A DNA stretch of 64,000 nt from Oscillospiraceae bacterium (GTDB taxonomy: Bacteria > Bacillota > Clostridia > UMGS1883 > UMGS1540): contig SVJY01000003.1 of the NCBI GenBank assembly GCA_015068765.1, positions 1,416 through 65,415 on the forward strand. The letters are read 5' to 3'. The notes under the pieces are model-generated. The model made no database searches, was not told the origin of the DNA, and saw nothing but the letters and a program-made list of their open reading frames with translations. Shown in pieces: positions 49,817-57,240 of the stretch. Made by a program: the position numbers and the translations under genes. Position 1 is the stretch's first letter. Every line of letters begins with the position of its first letter.

Positions 49817-50488
49817 ATGGTTATTACCCCCATTGCCCACATAGAAACAGATTTCAAAGAAAAATTCGGTATTCCCCGGCAAAGCGGCTGTGTACCGTCG
49901 CTTTTGGGGCGGATTGTCTTTTTGCCTGCCTTCCGAAATCCGGAGGCTCTAAGGGGGCTGGAGGGCTTTTCCCATCTGTGGCTGCTGTTTGATTTCTCAA
50001 AAGCCCACCGGGAGGGCTGGTCTCCGACTGTGCGGCCGCCCAGGCTCGGCGGCAACAAACGGGTGGGCGTTTTTGCAAGCCGTTCCCCCTTCCGCCCTAA
50101 TCCCATCGGGCTTTCCTGCGTCCGGCTTCTGGGGGTGGAGGAAACGGAGGCGGGACACGTTTTGCTGGTTTCGGGGGCAGACCTTCTCAGCGGCACGCCT
50201 ATCCTGGACATAAAGCCCTATCTTCCCTTTGCGGACTGCGTGCCCGATGCCGTAGGCGGCTATGCGGACGAGGTGCGTGACTACGCCCTTTCCGTGGATT
50301 TTCCGCCTCACCTTCTGGAGAAAATTGCCCCGGACAAGCGGCAGGCACTCCTGGACTGTCTTGCCCAGGACCCCCGCCCCTCCTATCAGGAGGACCCGGA
50401 AAGGGTGTACCGGATGCAGTTTGCAGATATGGACATACATTTTGTGGTAGAAGGAGATAAACTGAAGGTTGTCGACGTAATAGAATAA
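49817..50488 (+). CDS. trmO: tRNA (m6t6A37) methyltransferase TrmO/TsaA (YaeB family)
   Basis: IAHIETDFKEKFGIPRQSG, FSHLWLLFDFS, RPNPIGLSCVRL, GTPILDIKPY. Confidence 0.85.
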   Translation: MVITPIAHIETDFKEKFGIPRQSGCVPSLLGRIVFLPAFRNPEALRGLEGFSHLWLLFDFSKAHREGWSPTVRPPRLGGNKRVGVFASRSPFRPNPIGLSCVRLLGVEETEAGHVLLVSGADLLSGTPILDIKPYLPFADCVPDAVGGYADEVRDYALSVDFPPHLLEKIAPDKRQALLDCLAQDPRPSYQEDPERVYRMQFADMDIHFVVEGDKLKVVDVIE

Positions 50489-50510
50489 CGCCCACCCCCG
50501 CACTTGCTTA

Positions 50511-50671
50511 CCGGGGATAGGAAAAAAAGATGTAGAATGGACGAAAAGAGCAAAGGGGCTGTCTCACAGTTTTAGTGAGACAGCCCCTACCCGTGTTCCT
50601 TTCGGTAGACACGGCTTTTTTATTCATCTTTTTCTATTCTTTTTTTGCGCTCTGCGCCTTTTTTACATCCC
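50511..50671 (-). repeat. REP/MITE-like repeat, copy B; overlaps the last 13 codons of the LarA-like gene
   Basis: ccggggataggaaaaaaagatgtagaatggacgaa..., then hairpin ggggctgtctcac/gtgagacagcccc (50555-50587), then ccgtgttcctttcggtagacacgg, then ...ctttttttgcgctctgcgccttttttacatccc. Confidence 0.7.
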
Positions 50672-51905
50672 AAAGTCCCAGTGCAGGGTTGCTGATATAG
50701 TAGATTTCTTCGCCGTCCGGCAGGGTATTAAAGCCGTCCTTCAAAACCGCGGGGTCATACTTTGCGGCGGCTTCCTTATAGGGCATGTAGCAAAACGCAA
50801 CGCCCTCCACTTCCTCCTTCGTCACCTGTTCGGTGCAGTAGGTAATGGAGAAGCGACCGTCGGAGGAGCCGTGAATCAGATGGGCGGCAACGGAAAGATT
50901 TTCCTGTAAATCCTTGTTTTCGTCCACCAGCTTCAGCACGTTTTCTCTCCCCACATAGCCATACTTACGGATAAGACGGTCATTTTCCTCGTCCTCACCG
51001 AACATACGGATACCGGGGGCAAGCACAATCAGCTCGCCGCCGTCGGCAATCGCCATACGGGTACGGTACACGGACTTGTTACCAAGCCAGGTGCTCTTAA
51101 ATTCACGGGGATCAAGGTACACAACCACCTTTTTAAGCGGTGCGTCTACATAGGTAAAGTTTGTGTCCTGGCTCTTTGCAACGGCCTTTTCAAAATAGGA
51201 ACGCTCAGAGCCGATATACAGACCGTGAATGAAAATATCATCGCCTACGTTGGTGGTTACTGTCAGCACAAACAGGAGGGGAACGTCGGACATGAAATTC
51301 TCCTGTGCATAGTCAAAGACCTTACGAACCGGAGAGAAATCCTTGCCCATAATCCGTTCCATGCCATAGAAGGCACCCAGCATATGGGAGCTGTTAATCA
51401 TACTGTTACCGCCACAGCCGACGAAAATGTTCTTGGAGTAGTTGGCCATACCCACAACCTCGTGGGGCACAACCTGTCCGATAGAGATAATCAGGTCATA
51501 GGACGGGTCGAGGAGGCGGCGGTTGACTTCCACGTCAATTTTGTTATTGACAAGGCCTTCGGAAACCTCGGAAACGAACTCTGCTGGCACTTCGCCGATT
51601 TTCACAACGTCCGTCTTCCAGTTATGGACGAGCATACGGTCGAAGGGAACGTCCGGCCCGAAGAAGGCGACCCATTCCGCCTCCGTCATGGGCACGTGGG
51701 TGCCGAGGGCGGGAAGGATGTCAATTTCGCAACTTTCCTTTAAAAGCTCGTAGTAGATACGGGTAATATCCCCAGCACCGCTGTACATACGGGTGTAATC
51801 CGGGGGGATAAGCAGGACTTTTTTTAGGCTTTTGCCTTCGACGGACTTTTCAAGGGCACTGCGAAGCTCCGCCTCGGAAAGGCCTTTTGCACTTTCGTAA
51901 ACCAT
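50634..51905 (-). CDS. LarA-like (DUF2088, nickel-pincer lactate-racemase family) protein
   Basis: 423 aa. The N-terminal region LLIPPDYTRMYSGAGDITRIYYELL...ILPALGTHVPMT resembles LarA-family N-domains. Family assignment is from memory. Confidence 0.7.
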   Translation of the reverse strand: MVYESAKGLSEAELRSALEKSVEGKSLKKVLLIPPDYTRMYSGAGDITRIYYELLKESCEIDILPALGTHVPMTEAEWVAFFGPDVPFDRMLVHNWKTDVVKIGEVPAEFVSEVSEGLVNNKIDVEVNRRLLDPSYDLIISIGQVVPHEVVGMANYSKNIFVGCGGNSMINSSHMLGAFYGMERIMGKDFSPVRKVFDYAQENFMSDVPLLFVLTVTTNVGDDIFIHGLYIGSERSYFEKAVAKSQDTNFTYVDAPLKKVVVYLDPREFKSTWLGNKSVYRTRMAIADGGELIVLAPGIRMFGEDEENDRLIRKYGYVGRENVLKLVDENKDLQENLSVAAHLIHGSSDGRFSITYCTEQVTKEEVEGVAFCYMPYKEAAAKYDPAVLKDGFNTLPDGEEIYYISNPALGLWDVKKAQSAKKE

Positions 51906-51922
51906 TAGTGTCTCCTCCTTTT

Positions 51923-52774
51923 TTATACGCCGGAGTATGCGGCAAAACCGCCGTCAACAGGGACCACGACGCCGTTTACAAAGCCGGAAGCACCGTTATC
52001 GCACAGCCAAAGGAGTGTGCCCAAAAGCTCTTCCGCTTCGCCGAAGCGATCCATGGGCGTCTGGGACAGGATTTTGCGGGAGCGATCGGTATAGGAGCCG
52101 TCCTCATTCATCAGAAGGGCACGGTTTTGGTTTGTTACAAAGAAGCCGGGGGCAATGGCGTTTACACGGATGCCGACCTTGGAGAAGTGAACAGCCAGCC
52201 ACTGGGTAAAGTTCGAGATAGCGGCCTTGGCACCGGAATATGCCGGAATCTTTGTTAAGGGGCAGAAGGCGTTCATGGAAGAAACGTTTACGATAATGGC
52301 GTTTCTTTCAATCATATCCTTTGCGAATACCTGCGTGGGGAGAAGCGTGCCGAGGAAGTTGAGGTTAAATACGAACTCAACGCCCTTGGGGTCGAGGTTG
52401 AAGAAGGTTTTGATTTCTTCATTATCAACATCTTCGGGGAAGAGATATTCCTTATCGGTTGTACCTCTCGGATTATTGCCGCCTGCACCGTTTAAGAGAA
52501 TGTCACACTTGCCGAAGGCTTTGAGCACTTCTTCTCTTGCGGCTTCAATGCTTTCTTTTTGCAGAACGTTGGTTTCAATACCGATTGCTTTGCCGCCTTC
52601 TGCACAGATTTTTTCGGCAACCTTTTTTGCCTGCTCACCGTTGAGGTCGAGAAGGGCAACGGATGCACCGCAAGCCGCCAAAGCTTCTGCGAACATACTG
52701 CAAAGAACGCCTGCGGCACCGGTTACAACGGCAACCTTACCGTTAAGGTCAATGGAAAGGGGAGTTTTGATCAT
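51923..52774 (-). CDS. SDR-family oxidoreductase (UxuB/mannonate-oxidoreductase-like)
   Basis: Start at MIKTPLSIDLNGKVAVVTGAAGVLC after ggagg. It has NNAG-like LLNGAGGN and the YSGAK catalytic motif. Confidence 0.85.
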   Translation of the reverse strand: MIKTPLSIDLNGKVAVVTGAAGVLCSMFAEALAACGASVALLDLNGEQAKKVAEKICAEGGKAIGIETNVLQKESIEAAREEVLKAFGKCDILLNGAGGNNPRGTTDKEYLFPEDVDNEEIKTFFNLDPKGVEFVFNLNFLGTLLPTQVFAKDMIERNAIIVNVSSMNAFCPLTKIPAYSGAKAAISNFTQWLAVHFSKVGIRVNAIAPGFFVTNQNRALLMNEDGSYTDRSRKILSQTPMDRFGEAEELLGTLLWLCDNGASGFVNGVVVPVDGGFAAYSGV

Positions 52775-52854
52775 GGTAAAAGCCTCCAATTTATTTTTTT
52801 CTTTATTATAGCAAAAGGGAGGCGGAAAGTCAAGGGATTTTGAAGGCAGAATGT

Positions 52855-52899
52855 AAAATGCAAAATGCAAGAGGCAAAATGCAAAAAGAGAAATGCAAA
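52855..52899. repeat. Four copies of AAAATGCAA in 45 bp
   Basis: The copies start at 52855, 52862, 52876 and 52890 (spacing 7, 14, 14 bp). They lie about 80-125 bp upstream of the SDR gene start on the minus strand. Confidence 0.5.
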
Positions 52900-53008
52900 A
52901 TGGGATAGATAAGTGTGTGATTTCTATTATATATAAAGGAAGAAAGTCCGGTATATCTTAAAAAATAGCCTGTCAGATAGAAAAAAAGAAAACATTTCGA
53001 CAAAAAAC

Positions 53009-53037
53009 TTGACAAACCAAAGTAAATGGCGTATACT
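53009..53037 (+). promoter_or_regulatory. S-layer gene promoter P1
   Basis: TTGACA (53009-53014), 17 bp, TATACT (53032-53037). Confidence 0.6.
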
Positions 53038-53132
53038 GATAAACAGGATTATTTGCCTTGGATACGGGCAACGCCTATTGTGGCAAGCATTTGAACGTAA
53101 TTTTACATTTATGTTACAAGTGAAAAAAATGC

Positions 53133-53161
53133 TTGACGAATAAAAAAATAGGTGCTATAAT
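53133..53161 (+). promoter_or_regulatory. S-layer gene promoter P2 (extended -10)
   Basis: TTGACG (53133-53138), 17 bp, TGcTATAAT (53153-53161). It is followed by a ~115-nt 5' UTR containing hairpin tgaaagagat...atctctttca. Confidence 0.65.
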
Positions 53162-53284
53162 CTGTCCTGTAAGGGAAATACTCTGTATTTTCCGTGCACA
53201 AGTCGCAGTTGAAAGAGATGCGGCGCGTGCAAACAAATCGTATCTCTTTCAGAAATAAAACATTTTTTAAGGAGGATTTGAGAC

Positions 53285-56260
53285 ATGAAAAATCTCAAAA
53301 AAGTTCTGGCATTCGTAACTATGCTTACGATGCTGCTGAGCGTAGCAGTTTCCGCCGGCACCCTGTATCCGGATGTTGACGAAAACGCATCTTACGCAGA
53401 AGCAGTAAAAACCCTGAATGCCCTCGGCATCATGATTGGTGACGATGAGGGTAACTTCAATCCCGATGCGAGCATCACAAGAGCTGAAACTGCAGCTATC
53501 GTAACTCGCATGAAGGCTCTCGGCGGTGCAGCAAGTGCAGCCGGTGGCACAAACTTTACTGACGTTGCAGCTGACCACTGGGCAGCAGGTTACATCAACC
53601 TGGCTGAACAGAGCGGCATCATCAACGGCTACGGCGACGGTACCTTCGGTCCTTCCGACCCGGTTACCTACGAGCAGATCATCAAGATGATCGTTGCAGC
53701 TCTCGGCCGTACACCCGAAGCTAACAACAAGGGTGGTTATCCGTCCGGTTACCTGATCATTGCTTCCCAGGAACGCATCACCAACGGTGTTACAGTTACA
53801 CCCGGTGCTGAAGCTCCCAGAGCAGCAGTAGCACGCCTCGTATTCAACGCTCTCGAAGTTAACGTTATGGAGCAGGTTACCTACAAGGCTGGCGAAGAAG
53901 AATACCAGGTAATTAAAGACAAGACCCTTCTGAAGGACTACCTCAAGGTTGTTAAGTTTGAAGGTATTGTTGAAGGTTCCTACCTCACACAGGCAACAGT
54001 TGATCCCGAAAACGACAAGATCTATCTGAAGGCTGATGGTCTGAAGGTTAACGGCTACACAGACGCTAACAGCGAAATGTGGGCAAAATACGGCGACCTC
54101 TACCCGACAGAAGGTCTGGCAGAAGGCGACACCAATGCCAGCACAATGGTTGGTAAGTCCGTTTCTGCTTACGCTGTAGAAGATGAAGAAACCGGCGACA
54201 TGGTTCTCTTGGGCATTGCTGAAAAGTCCGGCAGAAACAAGGAAATCACTTTCGATGAAACCCAGCTCGAAGTTTACGCACCGAACATGATCGAATACTT
54301 CGAAAAGGCAACAGACAGCTCCGCAACAAAGGTTGAAATTGCTGATGCAGACGATATCATCTGGATCTACAACAACGGCTTTGATGCAGAAGGCGGTCTG
54401 GTTCATGAATTCCTCGAAGATGTAGTTGCAGGCGAAGATGTATTCGGTACAGTAACCCTGATCGACTATGACAACGACGAAGTTTATGACACAATCAAGC
54501 TCATGCAGGCAACTGCTAACTACGTTGTAAAAGAAGTAAACGCAACTGCAAAGAGCCTCGATGACAAAGAAGGCAACAACATTCCGATCGACGTTGATGA
54601 CGAAGAAGTTATCACCAAGATCTACAATGCAGAAGGCGAAGAAATCGCATTTGCAGACATCGCAGAGGACAACGTTATCACTCTGTACAACAACTACAAC
54701 GACGCTCTGGTAACAGCATACGTTTCTGAAACTGTTGCAACAGGTACTGTTACAGAAGAAATCCCCACAACCGGCGCTTATGTAATCGATGGTACTGAAT
54801 ACAAGATCGCTTATGTTGGTGGCGTAGCTGAAGAAACTCTGAACGTTGGCGACGAAGGCACATTCTATGTAAACGTAGAAGGCAAAATCGTTGACAAGGC
54901 TGCAACTGCTGCTTCCGGCACATATGCATACCTGTTCAAGGCTCTCTCCATGAGCGACATCAACGGTGACTCCGTTGAAATGAAGTTCCTGACAAGCGAC
55001 GGCGCTTGGGAAACCAAGACTCTGGCTGCTAAGGTTTCTGTTAAGGTTGGTACAGCTGATGCTGTAACAGTTACAGTTGCTTCCGCAGCAGATACTGCTT
55101 TTGAACCTCTGATGATTAAGGGCGAAGTTAACGGCGTTGCAAGCTTCATCGAAAATGCTGATCCTGAAGCAAGAGTATTCCAGTACACCACAAACAGCGA
55201 TGGCAAGATCAACAAGCTCTTCATCGCAAACGGTGCTGTAGGCAACGAAGAAGTTATTTCTCTTGACAAGACTGCAGAAGGCAAAGAATACAATGCATCT
55301 CAGAACAAGGTTGGTAGCATCTACCTGAACAATGAAACAAAGGTATTCAGCGTTCCCAGCATTGCAAGTGTTGACGAAGATGATTACACTGTATCCAAGG
55401 TAAGCGCTCTGTTCGTTGACGGTACTGCTTATGACAAGATCGATGCATACGATATCGTAAACAACGTTCCTTCTCTGGTAGTTGCTTATGATGCAAGTGC
55501 TGACATTCTCCAGGGCACCAAGCTCCTCGTTATCAGCAAGATTTCCGACATCAACAATGCTGCTAACACACCTGTTAAGAAGATCTACGGTTACCAGGAA
55601 GGCGCTGAAGTAAGCGGCACATCTTCTGATGATCTGGAAGTTACTGACAGAGCCGGCGCTCCCACTACACTGGCAGTTGGCGACGTTGTAATCTTCAGCC
55701 TGAATGCTGACGGCGAAATCGACAAAGTTCAGGTTCTCATGAGCCGCAGCGACGCTGAAGCAATCATTGCTGCAAACGGCGATGGTTTCGCAGAATACAA
55801 CACAACTGACACAGACCTTCTGGCAGTTGACTACTTCGGTTTCGTAGCTAAGAAGGCTAACGGCCTCCTCTACCTCGACGAAAGCTATGCCGGCGAAGAC
55901 CTTCGCGACTACATGGCTGACGTAGACGGTGAAGACGAAGTTGCTCTGATGACCAGCTCCGCTAAGGGCGTTAACGTTTACGAAATCAACCTCAACAACT
56001 CTAACAAGACCATTCAGGTTCTGAAGGGCATCAGCTATATCGATGCTGAAGACAGAGTTGGTAAGGATTCTCACTGGGCATACGTTCGTGTATACGACGG
56101 TGCTATCGTTGACATCGTAGTCTACAGAACAACTAACGAAGCGCCTGTTGTAGACGATGGCGGCGAAGAAGAAGGCGAAACCGGTGGCGAAACTGGCGGT
56201 GAAACCGGCGGCGAAACTGGCGGCGAAACCGGTGGCGAAACTGGTGGCATCGAAGCATAA
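53285..56260 (+). CDS. Major S-layer-type protein with N-terminal SLH domains
   Basis: Signal peptide. SLH repeats (YPDVDENASYAEAVKTLNALGIMIGDDEGNFNPDASITRAETAAIV; FTDVAADHWAAGYINLAEQSGIINGYGDGTFGPSDPVTYEQIIKMIVAAL). Extreme codon bias leaves a stop-free antisense frame. Strong tandem promoters and a strong terminator. Confidence 0.9.
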   Translation: MKNLKKVLAFVTMLTMLLSVAVSAGTLYPDVDENASYAEAVKTLNALGIMIGDDEGNFNPDASITRAETAAIVTRMKALGGAASAAGGTNFTDVAADHWAAGYINLAEQSGIINGYGDGTFGPSDPVTYEQIIKMIVAALGRTPEANNKGGYPSGYLIIASQERITNGVTVTPGAEAPRAAVARLVFNALEVNVMEQVTYKAGEEEYQVIKDKTLLKDYLKVVKFEGIVEGSYLTQATVDPENDKIYLKADGLKVNGYTDANSEMWAKYGDLYPTEGLAEGDTNASTMVGKSVSAYAVEDEETGDMVLLGIAEKSGRNKEITFDETQLEVYAPNMIEYFEKATDSSATKVEIADADDIIWIYNNGFDAEGGLVHEFLEDVVAGEDVFGTVTLIDYDNDEVYDTIKLMQATANYVVKEVNATAKSLDDKEGNNIPIDVDDEEVITKIYNAEGEEIAFADIAEDNVITLYNNYNDALVTAYVSETVATGTVTEEIPTTGAYVIDGTEYKIAYVGGVAEETLNVGDEGTFYVNVEGKIVDKAATAASGTYAYLFKALSMSDINGDSVEMKFLTSDGAWETKTLAAKVSVKVGTADAVTVTVASAADTAFEPLMIKGEVNGVASFIENADPEARVFQYTTNSDGKINKLFIANGAVGNEEVISLDKTAEGKEYNASQNKVGSIYLNNETKVFSVPSIASVDEDDYTVSKVSALFVDGTAYDKIDAYDIVNNVPSLVVAYDASADILQGTKLLVISKISDINNAANTPVKKIYGYQEGAEVSGTSSDDLEVTDRAGAPTTLAVGDVVIFSLNADGEIDKVQVLMSRSDAEAIIAANGDGFAEYNTTDTDLLAVDYFGFVAKKANGLLYLDESYAGEDLRDYMADVDGEDEVALMTSSAKGVNVYEINLNNSNKTIQVLKGISYIDAEDRVGKDSHWAYVRVYDGAIVDIVVYRTTNEAPVVDDGGEEEGETGGETGGETGGETGGETGGETGGIEA
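56174..56245 (+). repeat. Six tandem 12-bp units encoding (GETG)x6 at the S-layer protein C-terminus
   Basis: ggcgaaaccggt / ggcgaaactggc variants repeated six times in frame. Confidence 0.9.
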
Positions 56261-56298
56261 GCCTTACGTTATCTGAACGTAGCAAAACGCTAAAATTA

Positions 56299-56327
56299 AG
56301 CGACCCCGTTTTGGGGTCGCTTTTTTT
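56299..56327 (+). terminator. Intrinsic terminator of the S-layer gene
   Basis: agcgacccc-gttt-ggggtcgct plus a T7 run. Confidence 0.85.
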
Positions 56328-56479
56328 ACTTCAATAGTCGCGTGGTTCTATAGAGATATACCGGCGAACAGAAATAAAGGACTATAAACATCAGAAATGT
56401 CAAGCTTCTTTTTCAATCCTTCGGTCACTCCGCACCCTTTACCTAGGGATCTAAGGTATCGACACATTCAGAGAGCGGA

Positions 56480-56549
56480 AAGTGGGGAAAGGCGAAGCCG
56501 ACAAGCGGACTGCGCCCACGGGGGTGCGGGGTGTAGTGCGACACCCCGC
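56480..56549 (+). repeat. 70-bp direct repeat, copy 1
   Basis: aagtggggaaaggcgaagccgacaagcggactgcgcccacgggggtgcggggtgtagtgcgacaccccgc is identical over 70/70 nt to 57461-57530. Confidence 0.95.
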
Positions 56550-56680
56550 AAAAATATCAATTTGTCTTAATAAACAAATATGTTTGGTGGGGCAAACAGC
56601 CCAGAAAGAACCTCTATCTTATATAATTCTTGTAAGTTTTCTCTTTTCTTGTAAATTTTTCCATTTATTTAAAAAAGGTG

Positions 56681-56709
56681 TTGCTTTTTTTGTTCCAATA
56701 TGGTATGAT
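56681..56709 (+). promoter_or_regulatory. Predicted promoter (extended -10)
   Basis: TTGCTT (56681-56686), 17 bp, TGgTATGAT (56701-56709). Confidence 0.55.
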
Positions 56710-56713
56710 AGTA

Positions 56714-56847
56714 GCACCACACAATTAAAGCTCTCAATAGATTCCTTAAGGCACCCAAATAAGGAATAGGTGTACGCAATGGCAAAAGCGTACACTCTGA
56801 TTTCTCATACCTATTTCCTTATTGGGTGAGGCTTTATTGTGTGGTGC
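56714..56847 (+). ncRNA. Predicted 134-nt rod-like structured RNA (leader/sRNA) or palindromic element
   Basis: Three nested stems: gcaccacacaat (56714-56725)/attgtgtggtgc (56836-56847); cacccaaataaggaataggt (56752-56771)/acctatttccttattgggtg (56809-56828); gtgtacgc (56770-56777)/gcgtacac (56788-56795). It starts at the predicted transcription start. Confidence 0.45.
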
Positions 56848-56876
56848 ATAAAGTATCAGAGATGCTACGTTTTTCG

Positions 56877-56908
56877 GTGTGTCTCTGAACAGGAGGCACA
56901 CTTTTTTT
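56877..56908 (+). terminator. Intrinsic terminator between the structured RNA and the AbrB-type gene
   Basis: gtgtgtctc-tgaacag-gaggcacac plus a T7 run. The RBS aaaggag and ATG 56936 follow 20-28 nt later. Confidence 0.7.
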
Positions 56909-56935
56909 ATTTGCCAAAGCGAAAGGAGAAGACGT

Positions 56936-57175
56936 ATGCAGGAAATAGGCGTAATTCGGAAAATGGATAAGCTGGGACGGGTTGTTCTCCCGGCCCATAT
57001 CCGAAAGGAACTAAAATGGGAACAGGATACACCACTTGAGATTTTTGCGGACGGAAGAGGCGTTTATTTACAAACGTACGAAAAATCCTGCGTATTCTGC
57101 AGCAACAGAGAAAATGTGCGGCTTTTTGAAGGCAAGCACATTTGCCGACATTGTATTGCACAGCTGCAAAAATAA
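56936..57175 (+). CDS. AbrB/MazE/SpoVT-type DNA-binding protein with a C-terminal zinc ribbon (79 aa)
   Basis: MQEIGVIRKMDKLGRVVLPAHIRKELKWEQDTPLEIFADGRGVYLQ is a swapped-hairpin barrel motif (GRVVLP..IR..L). Then CVFCSN...HICRHCIAQL gives CxxC...CxxC. Confidence 0.75.
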   Translation: MQEIGVIRKMDKLGRVVLPAHIRKELKWEQDTPLEIFADGRGVYLQTYEKSCVFCSNRENVRLFEGKHICRHCIAQLQK

Positions 57176-57240
57176 ATATATAAAACAAGAACATTACCTT
57201 GTCAGATTGATTGTCCTGTCGGAGATAAAGACGTGAAACG

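Noticed and set aside
53267-56074. 935-aa ORF on the minus strand, the second-longest ORF in the window
   Set aside because: It lies entirely antisense to the SLH/S-layer gene. Its translation is Cys/Val/Asn/Phe-rich nonsense with no start context. The open frame is a by-product of the extreme codon bias of the plus-strand gene, which has a signal peptide, SLH motifs, promoters and a terminator.
56174-56245. CRISPR-like regular repeats
   Set aside because: These are contiguous 12-bp in-frame coding repeats without spacers. No CRISPR array or cas genes appear anywhere in the window.
56482-56769. 95-aa ORF covering direct-repeat copy 1; likewise the 57408-57671 ORF covering copy 2 and the minus-strand ORFs at 57202-57578
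   Set aside because: No RBS. Gly/Arg-rich translations are typical of GC-rich structured RNA or DNA. The two repeat copies would be read in unrelated contexts. Treated as non-coding.
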